Source: an uncultured cyanobacterium (GTDB taxonomy: Bacteria > Cyanobacteriota > Cyanobacteriia > Cyanobacteriales > Nostocaceae). Taken from it: 64,000 nucleotides of DNA. The position numbers and the translations under genes are program-made. The stretch's first letter is position 1; each line of letters starts with the position of its first letter. The notes under the pieces are model-generated. The model made no database searches. It worked only from the letters and a program-made list of their open reading frames with translations, and was not told the origin of the DNA. The stretch is from NCBI GenBank assembly GCA_963740315.1, contig CAVUDP010000002.1, forward strand, positions 3,616,001-3,680,000, written 5' to 3'. Positions 20,980 through 30,574 of this stretch are shown here, in pieces.

Positions 20980-21678
20980 ATGGAAGACAAGTATAGCTTG
21001 CATCCCTCCGCCAAAGAAGTAACGCTCTCAACTCCTTTTTTTGAAGGGCTACCGAAAACCGTCATCAAATCAGCTTTGACTAATCTTGTTAGTCGTTCTC
21101 ACCCAGCAAATCAAGTTATTTTACTAGAAAATGACTGGGGCGGTTCCGTATATTTTATTGTGGAGGGCTGGGTCAAAATTCGCACTTACAATTTGGAAGG
21201 CAAAGAATTAACGCTAAATATTCTTGGTAGAGGAGAATTGTTTGGTGAAATGGCTGCTTTAGATGAAGTACCTCGCTCCACCGATGTCATCACTTTAACT
21301 TCTACTCAAATCGGTAGTTTACCATCGCAGGATTTTATTACATTACTTAATACAGAACCTTTAGCGGGAGTGCGATTAGCTCAGTTAATGGCGCGTCGCT
21401 TAAGACAAGTTAACCGGCGCTTGCGGTTGCGCGAATCGGATTCAGCTTCTCGCGTGGCAGATACTTTGTTATTTTTAGCAGAGGGACAAGGAGTAAAAGG
21501 TTCCACAGGTGTGGAAATTCCCAACTTACCCCATCGAGAATTAAGTAGTTTGAGCGGATTAGCGCGAGAAACCGTAACTAGAGTACTAACTAAGTTAGAA
21601 AAGAAAAAATTGATTAAACGCAATGGGGATGTGATTTGTATTCCCGATTTATCCGCGTTAGAAAAGATGATAGTTTAA
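20980..21678 (+). CDS. Crp/Fnr family transcriptional regulator
   Basis: cNMP-binding FGEMAALD...PRS; HTH ELSSLSGLARETVTR. Confidence 0.93.
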   Translation: MEDKYSLHPSAKEVTLSTPFFEGLPKTVIKSALTNLVSRSHPANQVILLENDWGGSVYFIVEGWVKIRTYNLEGKELTLNILGRGELFGEMAALDEVPRSTDVITLTSTQIGSLPSQDFITLLNTEPLAGVRLAQLMARRLRQVNRRLRLRESDSASRVADTLLFLAEGQGVKGSTGVEIPNLPHRELSSLSGLARETVTRVLTKLEKKKLIKRNGDVICIPDLSALEKMIV

Positions 21679-21703
21679 CCCCTTACAGAGCGCAACTTTT
21701 CAG

Positions 21704-22435
21704 ATGGATATTCTTAGTTCTTCACCAGACGATAAAGGAGGAAACAATTCCTTTAATCCCCAATCTAACCATTCGGGCGATCGCACTGAAAATCAACATT
21801 TAGCTAGTCCCCAACTTCAAGTTGATGCGCCGTTAAAAATGGTCGAAACGGCATTTTTGGCAAGTACCGCCAGTTTAGTTTGGTTTATTAATATTTATTT
21901 TCCTTTAGGTCTGCTAAAAGTATTCTTTCCCATACCTATCGCTTTAGTTTACCTGCGCTGGAATAGCAGAGCAGCCTGGATGTCAGCTTTAACAAGCGGC
22001 TTGCTGCTATTAGTATTAGTCGGACCAACTAGGAGTCTGCTATTCGTAATCCCCTATGCTTTGATGGGAGTACTTCTAGGTGCAACATGGAAACGTCACG
22101 TTCCTTGGATTGTTTCCATCAGTTTGGCTACCCTTCTCGGTACAATAGGCGTATTTTTTCGTTTGTGGTTACTGTCCGTACTTTCAGGCGAAGACCTGTG
22201 GATTTACTTAATTAACCAAGTAACAAATCTTCTAGAATGGCTATTTGTCAATTTAGGAATCCTTACAACTCCCAACCCCTTCCTAATTCAAATAGGTGCC
22301 ATTCTCTTAATGTTACTTAACAATTTTATATATTTATTCGTAGTACATATAGCAGCATGGTTACTATTAGACCGTTTAGGCAACCCCATACCCCGCCCAC
22401 CGGAATGGGTACAGGTGTTGATGGATTATGAATAA
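21704..22435 (+). CDS. DUF2232 family membrane protein
   Basis: MVETAFLAS start of a multi-TM region; C-terminal LGNPIPRPPEW. Confidence 0.8.
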   Translation: MDILSSSPDDKGGNNSFNPQSNHSGDRTENQHLASPQLQVDAPLKMVETAFLASTASLVWFINIYFPLGLLKVFFPIPIALVYLRWNSRAAWMSALTSGLLLLVLVGPTRSLLFVIPYALMGVLLGATWKRHVPWIVSISLATLLGTIGVFFRLWLLSVLSGEDLWIYLINQVTNLLEWLFVNLGILTTPNPFLIQIGAILLMLLNNFIYLFVVHIAAWLLLDRLGNPIPRPPEWVQVLMDYE

Positions 22436-22573
22436 TGGAAGGAGACTAAGGGACAAGGAGATGGGGGGATAAGGAGATGGGGGGATAAGGGGAGAGGGGG
22501 TAGAGGGGGTAGAGGGGGTAGAGGGGGTAGAGAATTTTATTGACTTCGGTGGTTCTAACTCCTAACTCTTAAC

Positions 22574-22722
22574 TGCTCACTGTTCACTGCTCACTGCTCA
22601 CTGCTCACTGCTCACTGCTCACTGCTCACTGCTCACTGCTCACTGCTCACTGCTCACTGCTTACTGCTTACTGCTCACTGCTCACTGCTCACTGCTCACT
22701 GCTCACTGCTCACTGCTCACTG
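22574..22722. repeat. (CACTGCT)n heptamer array of about 21 copies immediately upstream of cobT
   Basis: Read directly; preceded by G-rich repeats at 22450-22535. Confidence 0.92.
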
Positions 22723-22730
22723 TAAATTCC

Positions 22731-23945
22731 ATGCTCCGCATATATACAAATATTACTCAAGGTGAAGCTTGGGTTGCTAAGTATAAAGGTAAAAAATCTG
22801 CATTTGCTTGCGTTTTAGGTTTCACTGAAACAGGTTTGATTCCTGGGATTTCTGCTGCTGGTAGCACTCCTGAAGACCGAAAGTATACGGCTTTGGCTGA
22901 TGCGGAATTTTTATACTATGGAGCGGATAAAAAAGGACAATATCCCTTACCTCCATTGATTGCGGGTGCGTCTCCGGTGTTTATTACTCGCGCTGTAGTG
23001 GAGGCGCTCTCTATTCGGGTTTATTTATTTAATGCGGGTTTACTCGAAGCGCCAACTGTACCAACTATTGATTTGGAAGGTGTACCGGCTAAATGCTTGA
23101 GCCAAGGTGCGGCGATGGATTTGGCAACGGTACAACATTTGTTAAATCAAGGCATAATTTGGGGTGAAAGACTTGCTCGTAACAAAGAAAACGAATATTT
23201 AGTTATAGGCGAATGCGTTGTTGGTGGAACTACTACTGCTTTAGCAATTTTGACGGGCTTGGGTATTGCTGCTCAAGGCATGGTTAATAGTTCTCATCCG
23301 GTTTGCAATCACGCCCAAAAATGGGAAATTGTTCAAGCAGGGTTGGGAAGATGGGGAGAAAGGGAGATGGGGAGAGGGGGAGAGGGGGGAGATGGGGAGA
23401 TGGGGAGAGGGGGAGAGGGGGAGAGGGGGAGATGGGGAGAGGGGGAAAGGGGACAAGGGGAAATCCAAAGTTTTATAGATCCTTTGCGGCTTGTGGCTGC
23501 GGTGGGAGATCCAATGCAGGTTGCTGTGGCTGGAATGGCGATCGCTGCAAGTCGTGATGGTGGTGTAATGCTTGCTGGCGGTACGCAAATGCTGGCTGTG
23601 TTTGCTTTGGCAAGTGCGATCGCTCAATTTTATAATCTGTCTTGGCAACCGGAAGAAGTTGTTGTTGGTACTACTCGCTGGGTTGCAGAAGATTCTACTG
23701 GTAAAACAACAGAATTAGCCCAGCAGATAGGTAGAAAAAGCGTTGTAACACCATCTCTACTAGCTACTGAGCTATGTTTTAATAATTCTCGTTATATTCA
23801 ATTACAAGCTTACGAACAAGGCTTTGTTAAAGAGGGTATGGGTGCTGGAGGTGCTTGCATTGCTGCCTATTTGAGCGAAAATTGGCAGCAGCAACAGCTG
23901 ATCGAAGCAATTGAAGCTCAATTGGATCGTTATTGGCAAGCGTAG
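22731..23945 (+). CDS. cobT: Nicotinate mononucleotide-dependent phosphoribosyltransferase (cyanobacterial/archaeal CobT type)
   Basis: IPGISAAG, GECVVGGTTTA, VGDPMQ, LAGGTQM, GFVKEGMGAGG. Confidence 0.88.
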   Translation: MLRIYTNITQGEAWVAKYKGKKSAFACVLGFTETGLIPGISAAGSTPEDRKYTALADAEFLYYGADKKGQYPLPPLIAGASPVFITRAVVEALSIRVYLFNAGLLEAPTVPTIDLEGVPAKCLSQGAAMDLATVQHLLNQGIIWGERLARNKENEYLVIGECVVGGTTTALAILTGLGIAAQGMVNSSHPVCNHAQKWEIVQAGLGRWGEREMGRGGEGGDGEMGRGGEGERGRWGEGERGQGEIQSFIDPLRLVAAVGDPMQVAVAGMAIAASRDGGVMLAGGTQMLAVFALASAIAQFYNLSWQPEEVVVGTTRWVAEDSTGKTTELAQQIGRKSVVTPSLLATELCFNNSRYIQLQAYEQGFVKEGMGAGGACIAAYLSENWQQQQLIEAIEAQLDRYWQA

Positions 23946-24027
23946 AAATTTACGCAGCGGAAGCAGTCCCTAAAGCCGTGGTATTCGTGTCAAAAAGCTT
24001 AAATTTAATTAAATTCAACTATTTTGG

Positions 24028-24408
24028 TTAGGAATGGATTCTCTTGAGTAGTAATTGCTCTTCTAATGCAGCAATGCGATTGTATGCTGCTGTTAGTTGT
24101 GCTGTAAGTCTTTGAATTTGAATATCTGGCGTTAGTTGTTTATCTCCTGCTTCAAGAGTACCGTCTAGATAAACGTCGTCTACTAATACGTCTTTGTGTT
24201 CTAATCCGGAATTTAAACGAATCGATCCCTTTAACTGATAATTTTCCAAATCGCTAACTTTTTCATCGGGCTCTGCACCCTGGCAGGCTTTCGCTAAATT
24301 ACACTCAGCCAAAGTTTGAGAAACTTTACCATCTAACCGCTCAACCACCTGATAAAGGTCGTCGAGCTTATTACTCAAACTCAATACCTGAAGTTTTAAC
24401 TGCTCCAT
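24028..24408 (-). CDS. Hypothetical coiled-coil protein
   Basis: 126-aa ORF with GAGG RBS; QIQRLTAQLTAAYNRIAALEEQLL tail. Confidence 0.75.
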   Translation of the reverse strand: MEQLKLQVLSLSNKLDDLYQVVERLDGKVSQTLAECNLAKACQGAEPDEKVSDLENYQLKGSIRLNSGLEHKDVLVDDVYLDGTLEAGDKQLTPDIQIQRLTAQLTAAYNRIAALEEQLLLKRIHS

Positions 24409-25259
24409 TTAATACCCTCGTTTAATACGTTCATCTATATTATTCTTTCTATTGCTGAAGTTAACTATACTTATGATTTATTTAACCTTTAGGTTTTTAT
24501 TTTATAAGGCGATACTTAATTCATCAATTAGCAATATATCTAAATAATTCATTAGGTAGTTGCTCACCGTTCATGGGTAAAAATCTTAACTTAATATTGA
24601 TGATTTGATAATTTCAAAAGAAGAGCCTAAATATTTTGTGCTGTAACCTATATATATCAAGACTTATCAACAAATATAAATAAAATTTTAACTCTAAAAT
24701 TAGAGTACTTTTAGGAAATGTTTGGGGTATACAATAAAATTGCGAAGACAAGATATATCAAGTCTTTTAGGAATTTTGCTTATCTTTACGGTTGGGTACT
24801 TAGTTGTTAGTTCTAAAGATAGAATTTTTTGTATCTACTAACGATTTTTAGAACTACGGGTACCTAACAATCTTGTGTCAGTTGCTTCTATCTAAAGATA
24901 TAGTTTGATTACTGCGAAGCAGGAATATTGAGTCTAAGATATTACTGATAATTAGTCAGTACTCACAATTAAGTGAAATATTCTGTTACAGACTATATCT
25001 CTATAAAAATAAAATTATAATAATGCTGTCTTAGGGCAAATATCCTCTTGTTTGGCGCTATATTCGTAAAAATCTGTAAAAATTCAGTTTTGGAGCCTAA
25101 TTATTATATTAATTGTGAGAAAAATAAATCAAAAATATCGCAGGATAGATCGTTAAAACTAAAGATATATCAAATACAGTCGCTGGCTATGATGTTGCCA
25201 GTTTGCGTTTCGGTATTAGTTACAATCCTTAAAGCAGTTCTTATCTAAAAATAAAATAA

Positions 25260-26417
25260 ATGCGTAGACGTTCATTTTTGTTCGGTACATCTACAATCCT
25301 TATCTCGCAACTGCTTGTAGGGTGTAATGCTTCCAAACAGCCTCAATTAACGGTACAGGTACTCAAAGGTTCTATTCCAGGAAGGATTCTCAAAGAATTT
25401 CAGAATGAACTTCAAAAAAGTTTGTCTTCTAAGGTGCAGTTAAAATTCTCGCCGGTGGTACAGTTGCGGGAATTATTCGAGCGATTGGAAAGATCGAAGA
25501 AAAACCAAACAGCAGGAAATAAATCTGAAGGCTTTGATATCTCCCGATTGCTTGGCAAATCTCAACCAAAAAACATTGATTTATTCACTTTGGGAGATTT
25601 TTGGTTGAAAGATGCAATAGAGCAGAAACTTATTCAACCGTTGTCTCGCGAAAAGCTGAGTAATTGGGCTAAATTGTCCCCGAAATGGCAAGAATTGGTG
25701 AAGCGGAATAGCCAAGGTTTGGTAGATAAACAAGGACAAATTTGGGCTGCACCCTACCGTTGGGGTAGTACGGTAATTGTTTATCGTCGCGATAAGTTAG
25801 AAAAATTTGATTGGGAATTGCAAGATTGGAGCGATTTGTGGCGTGAAGAATTAAAAGGACGGATTTCTTTACTCAACCAGCCACGAGAAGTTGTTGGTTT
25901 GACGTTAAAAAAATTAGGCAAATCTTACAACACTGAGAATTTACAGGAAGTTCCATCTTTAAAAGAGGAATTACAAACATTAAACAAGCAGGTAAAATTT
26001 TATGATTCAACCGATTATCTCGAACCGTTAGTCATTGGAGATACCTGGTTAGCAGTAGGTTGGTCAAATGATATTGTTTCTATACTTGGACGTTATCCCC
26101 AACTTAGCGTAATTGTTCCAAAGGAGGGAACTGCACTTTGGGCGGATTTGTGGGTACAACCTGTAGGTATTCAAGAAAATTTATCACATGAATGGATTGA
26201 TTTTTGCTGGGAGCCTGATATTGCAAAACAAATCGCATTACTTGCTAAAGGTAATTCCCCAATTTCTACAAATATAAAAGCATCTGATATTCCCCAACAG
26301 TTACAAAAACTTTTATTAACGAATCCTCAATTCGATGAAAGTGAATTTTTACTTCCTTTATCTCAATCAACTACCGAGCAGTATGATTTATTATTTAATC
26401 AAATGAAGACAGGTTAA
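25260..26417 (+). CDS. Extracellular solute-binding lipoprotein (PotD/PotF-like)
   Basis: RRRSFL Tat-like signal with LVGC lipobox; PYRWG, WSDLW and EGTALWAD motifs. Confidence 0.85.
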   Translation: MRRRSFLFGTSTILISQLLVGCNASKQPQLTVQVLKGSIPGRILKEFQNELQKSLSSKVQLKFSPVVQLRELFERLERSKKNQTAGNKSEGFDISRLLGKSQPKNIDLFTLGDFWLKDAIEQKLIQPLSREKLSNWAKLSPKWQELVKRNSQGLVDKQGQIWAAPYRWGSTVIVYRRDKLEKFDWELQDWSDLWREELKGRISLLNQPREVVGLTLKKLGKSYNTENLQEVPSLKEELQTLNKQVKFYDSTDYLEPLVIGDTWLAVGWSNDIVSILGRYPQLSVIVPKEGTALWADLWVQPVGIQENLSHEWIDFCWEPDIAKQIALLAKGNSPISTNIKASDIPQQLQKLLLTNPQFDESEFLLPLSQSTTEQYDLLFNQMKTG

Positions 26418-26497
26418 AGGTTAAAGGTCTGCATGTCAAAGGTTGATATCAATTATCGATTGTTTATTAATAATTAATAATTGATAATTAATAATTG

Positions 26498-26989
26498 TTA
26501 TAAAAGACCTGTGGTATTCATTTTGATGTTGCACAAAGGTGTAGATAAATCTAAATTACAGGTATAAGTTGCTAAAGGTTCTTTTTCGTAGTTAAAAACG
26601 CGAATATTGTAACCGTAAGTTCGTGCTAAGCTACCTAAGCTATTAACAAAGTTATAGCGTTCTAAATAATCAAGTACGTTCCAAATTTGTTCGTTAACAA
26701 TCAAATCGACTCTTCCCGGTTGAGAATTATTTGTAGGGTATGCTATCCAGTTATCTAAAAGTTTGTTTTCAGATTGTTCTTGCGCCCACCATAAACTAGG
26801 AACGGTTAACTGTTTTTGGGAAATAGTATTGGCTGTAATTATATTATCTCTAGGATTAGTTAATAAATCTAGCTCCAACGGTGCTTGAGAAGGTATAGGA
26901 ATTCGAGATTGCGCTTGGGCAAATTGAACGGGAAATATTGAAAATGTAGTAATACAGATACTAAAAAGTAATAAAAATTGGCGCATCAT
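26498..26989 (-). CDS. Hypothetical exported protein
   Basis: Signal peptide ending AQA; 163 aa. Confidence 0.7.
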   Translation of the reverse strand: MMRQFLLLFSICITTFSIFPVQFAQAQSRIPIPSQAPLELDLLTNPRDNIITANTISQKQLTVPSLWWAQEQSENKLLDNWIAYPTNNSQPGRVDLIVNEQIWNVLDYLERYNFVNSLGSLARTYGYNIRVFNYEKEPLATYTCNLDLSTPLCNIKMNTTGLL

Positions 26990-27112
26990 GAATTGTTAAT
27001 AAATAATTTAAAATATATTGACTTGCTTTTGATACAGAAGTGTTCCCTTTTTATTATAATCTTCAAAAATAGTTTTTACGAGTATACAAATTAACTGAAC
27101 AATCTAATTCGC

Positions 27113-27868
27113 CTATCGTATAAAAAAGTAGCAAGTCATACTTAAACCAATGCCGATGATAAAACTGCGTATCCAAAATGGATGTATTTTACGTGCTAGA
27201 GAAGCGCTGCTGTAACCGCCAATAACTGCACCTGAAGCCATGATAATGACTTCAAACCAAAAAATTTTATTTGCAATAGTAAAATAAATAATCGCCGCTG
27301 CATTAATACAGGTTGCTAACCAAGTTTTATAAGCATTCAAAGCGTTGATATTTTGTATACCCATAAGATTTAATACAGCTAACATCAAGATTCCGCTACC
27401 ACCACCAAAGTATCCTCCATAAGTTGCGATCGCTAGCTGTAAAGGCAAAATGATAAATAATGGTAAACGAAAAATAACTGAATTTTGACTGCGTTTATTC
27501 AACCATTTCATCAAAGGTTGACTGACAATAAACAATAGCGTTGCTATCAGCATTAAGTATGGAATTAAAGCGGAAAAATTAGCTGGGGATGTGTGTAAAA
27601 GTAAATAAGAACCAAATATTCCTCCCACAACGCTAACTAAAGTTAGTAACAGTAATGAGTCCTGTTTATTGGAAAATTCGCGACGGTAAGCGACAGTACT
27701 TGCAACTGTACCAAACCAAAGTGCTGCTGCATTCGTAGCATTAGCATTTATTGCTGGTACTCCCGATATTAAAAGCGCGGGAAAAGCAATCAAACCGCCA
27801 CCACCAGCTACACCATTAACGATTCCTGCAAGCAATGATGCGGCGAATAAGAAAATTATTGATTCCAT
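27113..27868 (-). CDS. Sulfite exporter TauE/SafE (TSUP) family permease
   Basis: AGIVNGVAGGGGLI, ANATN, YGGYFGGG; multiple TM segments. Confidence 0.9.
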   Translation of the reverse strand: MESIIFLFAASLLAGIVNGVAGGGGLIAFPALLISGVPAINANATNAAALWFGTVASTVAYRREFSNKQDSLLLLTLVSVVGGIFGSYLLLHTSPANFSALIPYLMLIATLLFIVSQPLMKWLNKRSQNSVIFRLPLFIILPLQLAIATYGGYFGGGSGILMLAVLNLMGIQNINALNAYKTWLATCINAAAIIYFTIANKIFWFEVIIMASGAVIGGYSSASLARKIHPFWIRSFIIGIGLSMTCYFFIR

Positions 27869-27961
27869 GTGAACAAGAGTTAGGAGTTAGGAGTGAGGAG
27901 TTAGGAGTTAAGAGTTAAGAATTTGAAGCTTGTAATTATATTACCTTTAACATGCAGACCT

Positions 27962-28744
27962 TTAACCTATTTTAATTCCTATTATCTGAATGCGTTTATA
28001 GTCTGCAAACCAGTTTCCTTCTTGATATAACTTCGGTTTTAAGTGCTTTTCTACATCCTGAATTACCATTATTTTTTCTTCTTCCGATAACCCTTGAAAG
28101 AAATTTACACAAAACATTTTTATCCAGTTTGCTAAGCCAGCATCTTTGTCTTGTAGTAAAGTTTGACGAGAAAATAATTGACTGTAGGTAACTTCAAAAC
28201 CTTGTTTTTCCAACTTTGAAGCGTATTCAGCAATGCTGGGAAAGTACCAAGGATTTAGATTTGGCGCATTTTTAACGCCAATATTTTCTAATGCGTTATA
28301 TAAAGCTTTAACAATCAATCCAATATTTCCCTTTCCACCAAATTCTGCGACAAAACGACCATTTATTTTGAGGGATTCGCGAATACTGCTAATTACATCA
28401 TCTGCTTGGGGAATCCAATGCAGTGCGGCGTTGGAAAAAATAGCATCTACGGGTTGGGGTAGCTGAAAATTCTTGGCATCGGCAACTTGAAACTGCAAAT
28501 TCGGATAATTTTGCTGTGCTTGCTCAATCATTTCAGATGCGCTATCAATTCCAATTACCTCAGCACCCGCTTCCGCAATTTTCGCCGTTAATTGCCCGGT
28601 GCCGCATCCTAAATCTAATATTCGCTCGTTTGGTTGCGGGTTGAGTATTTGTAGTAAATTTTCGCCGTAGTGCCAAACAAATGCGTGTTTTTCTTGGTAC
28701 AGCAAACTATTCCAATCATTGTTGGATGTTCGTGTTTGATTCAT
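27962..28744 (-). CDS. Class I SAM-dependent methyltransferase (Tam-like)
   Basis: ILDLGCGTG, DAIFSNAALHW, AEFGGKGN; likely start MNQTR at 28744, with the longer ORF extending through the repeat array. Confidence 0.88.
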   Translation of the reverse strand: MNQTRTSNNDWNSLLYQEKHAFVWHYGENLLQILNPQPNERILDLGCGTGQLTAKIAEAGAEVIGIDSASEMIEQAQQNYPNLQFQVADAKNFQLPQPVDAIFSNAALHWIPQADDVISSIRESLKINGRFVAEFGGKGNIGLIVKALYNALENIGVKNAPNLNPWYFPSIAEYASKLEKQGFEVTYSQLFSRQTLLQDKDAGLANWIKMFCVNFFQGLSEEEKIMVIQDVEKHLKPKLYQEGNWFADYKRIQIIGIKIG

Positions 28745-28783
28745 TTTGGTTAAATTATTTGTTTTTACAACAGATTTTGCGAG

Positions 28784-28990
28784 GGAGACGTAGCAGTGCA
28801 TGGAGACGTAGCAGTGCATGGAGACGTAGCAGTGCATGGAGACGTAGCAGTGCATGGAGACGTAGCAGTGCATGGAGACGTAGCAGTGCATGGAGACGTA
28901 GCAGTGCATGGAGACGTAGCAGTGCATGGAGACGTAGCAGTGCATGGAGACGTAGCAGTGCATGGAGACGTAGCAGTGCTACGTCTCTAC
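28784..28990. repeat. Perfect 18-bp tandem array (GGAGACGTAGCAGTGCAT)x10 ending in a complete palindrome
   Basis: Units counted 28784-28963, then GAGACGTAGCA-G-TGCTACGTCTC at 28965-28987. Confidence 0.97.
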
Positions 28991-29048
28991 ATTTATTACT
29001 GTAAAAAATGTTTTGAATTGTGTCCAATACTTATTTGATGCATGATTG

Positions 29049-29063
29049 ATATATAAAAAATAT
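29049..29063. promoter_or_regulatory. Putative LysR binding box (ATA-N9-TAT, contains T-N11-A)
   Basis: ATATATAAAAAATAT between the divergent LysR and methyltransferase genes. Confidence 0.4.
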
Positions 29064-29105
29064 TTACCAATCTAAAATCTAAAATCTAAAATCTAAAATT
29101 GAATA

Positions 29106-29972
29106 ATGGAACTACGACACCTACGTTATTTTGTCACTTTGGCTGAGGAATTACATTTTGGAAGAGCAGCAGAAAAACTACATATTGCTCAACCTCCGCT
29201 GAGTCAACAAATCCGTCAGTTGGAAACAGAATTGGGTTTTGAATTATTCCACCGTACTAAACGCAAGGTGGAATTGAGTGAAGCGGGAAAGGTTTTTCTT
29301 GTTGAAGTACAGCAAATTTTTCGACAACTTGAACAAGCTATCTTTTTAGGAAGACGAGTTAGTCGGGGAGAAATCGGACAGTTGGTTATCGGTTTTGTAA
29401 GTTCGGCAGCTTATAATATTTTGCCCGATTTCTTATTACATTTTCGGAATAACAATCCCAGCATAAATTTAGAATTGCGCGAATTAACTACAGACGAACA
29501 ATTACGTTGGTTGCAATCGGGAAGAATTGATGTTGGTTTTGTACGTCCGCCTGTAGATGAAAATACTTATGAATCAAAGATAGTTTTCAAGGAATCACTA
29601 ATAGTAGCATTACCTGAAAATCATTTTTTAGCGAATCAAGATAAAGTCTGTTTGCAATCTTTGAAAAATGAATCTTTTATATTATTTCCTCGTTTTTTAG
29701 CACCAGGACTTTACGATTTAATTATTAGCTTTTGTCAGCAGTTTGGTTTTAGTCCTCGGTTGGCTCAAGAAGCAATTCAAATGCAGACTATAGTTAGTTT
29801 AGTTGCTGCTGAAATTGGCGTTGCAATCGTTCCAGAATCATTACAAAATTTACGAAGAACGGGAGTAGTTTATAAATCTTTTGTTGAAGAAACACCGCAA
29901 GTTAGTATTGCGATGATTTGGCGGAAAAATGATGTTTCAGTGGTTATGGATAGGTTTTTGGAGGTATTTTAA
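29106..29972 (+). CDS. LysR family transcriptional regulator
   Basis: MELRHLRYF...HFGRAAEKLHIAQPPLSQQI HTH. Confidence 0.96.
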   Translation: MELRHLRYFVTLAEELHFGRAAEKLHIAQPPLSQQIRQLETELGFELFHRTKRKVELSEAGKVFLVEVQQIFRQLEQAIFLGRRVSRGEIGQLVIGFVSSAAYNILPDFLLHFRNNNPSINLELRELTTDEQLRWLQSGRIDVGFVRPPVDENTYESKIVFKESLIVALPENHFLANQDKVCLQSLKNESFILFPRFLAPGLYDLIISFCQQFGFSPRLAQEAIQMQTIVSLVAAEIGVAIVPESLQNLRRTGVVYKSFVEETPQVSIAMIWRKNDVSVVMDRFLEVF

Positions 29973-30013
29973 GATATTGCTTTTATATACCTCCACTTAT
30001 CTCAATAATTTCT

Positions 30014-30526
30014 TTAAGACTCAGGTTTTCCTAGAAAGTCGATTTTACCTAGCTCTACTCCGCAATGTCTGAGAATGTCATAAGCAGTTGTGACATGGAA
30101 ATAGACATTAGGCAGAACAAAGTAAAGCAGATAAGGCATTCCCTTAAACGTCATAGTTTCTTTACCAACTGGAAGGGAAATCGATTTTTCTTCCGAGCCA
30201 TCAATGAGATTGGGTGTCAAAGTTTCTAAGTAAGAAGTGGTTTTTTGAAGACGAGCGATTAGTTCGGGAAAAGTTGTTTCATTATCTTCAATATTCGGTG
30301 CTTCAGATTCCGCTAATCTTGCTGCACCTCTTCTAGCAACATCTGAGGCAATTTGAACTTGCCGTGCTAAAGGGAACATATCTGGATACAAACGGCTATC
30401 AATTAGTACAGAAGGATCGATTTTTTTGGCTTCAGCATGAGCAGCACCTTTTTCAAGAATCGCTGCAAGGTTATTCAGCGAGCGAACAAGCGGAGGTACA
30501 CAAGCTTGATACATGGAAATCGTCAT
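30014..30526 (-). CDS. DUF1993 domain-containing protein
   Basis: RLYPDMFPLARQVQ and LPNVYFHVTTAYDILRH..V.LGK.DFL. Confidence 0.88.
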   Translation of the reverse strand: MTISMYQACVPPLVRSLNNLAAILEKGAAHAEAKKIDPSVLIDSRLYPDMFPLARQVQIASDVARRGAARLAESEAPNIEDNETTFPELIARLQKTTSYLETLTPNLIDGSEEKSISLPVGKETMTFKGMPYLLYFVLPNVYFHVTTAYDILRHCGVELGKIDFLGKPES

Positions 30527-30574
30527 GAGTTTTATCCTGGTAATTGGAAACTATCAACTAACTACTAACTACTA

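Noticed and set aside
23241..23648. Alternative-frame ORFs within cobT and other short ORFs shadowing long genes
   Set aside because: Explained by stop-poor repeats or by antisense/alternative frames of well-supported genes
28784..28990. CRISPR array
   Set aside because: The units are contiguous and identical with no spacers; 18 bp is short; no cas genes nearby
28681..29038. ORFs WRRSSA-, HALLRL- and HGDVAV-repeat as genes
   Set aside because: These are stop-free readings of the 18-bp tandem array
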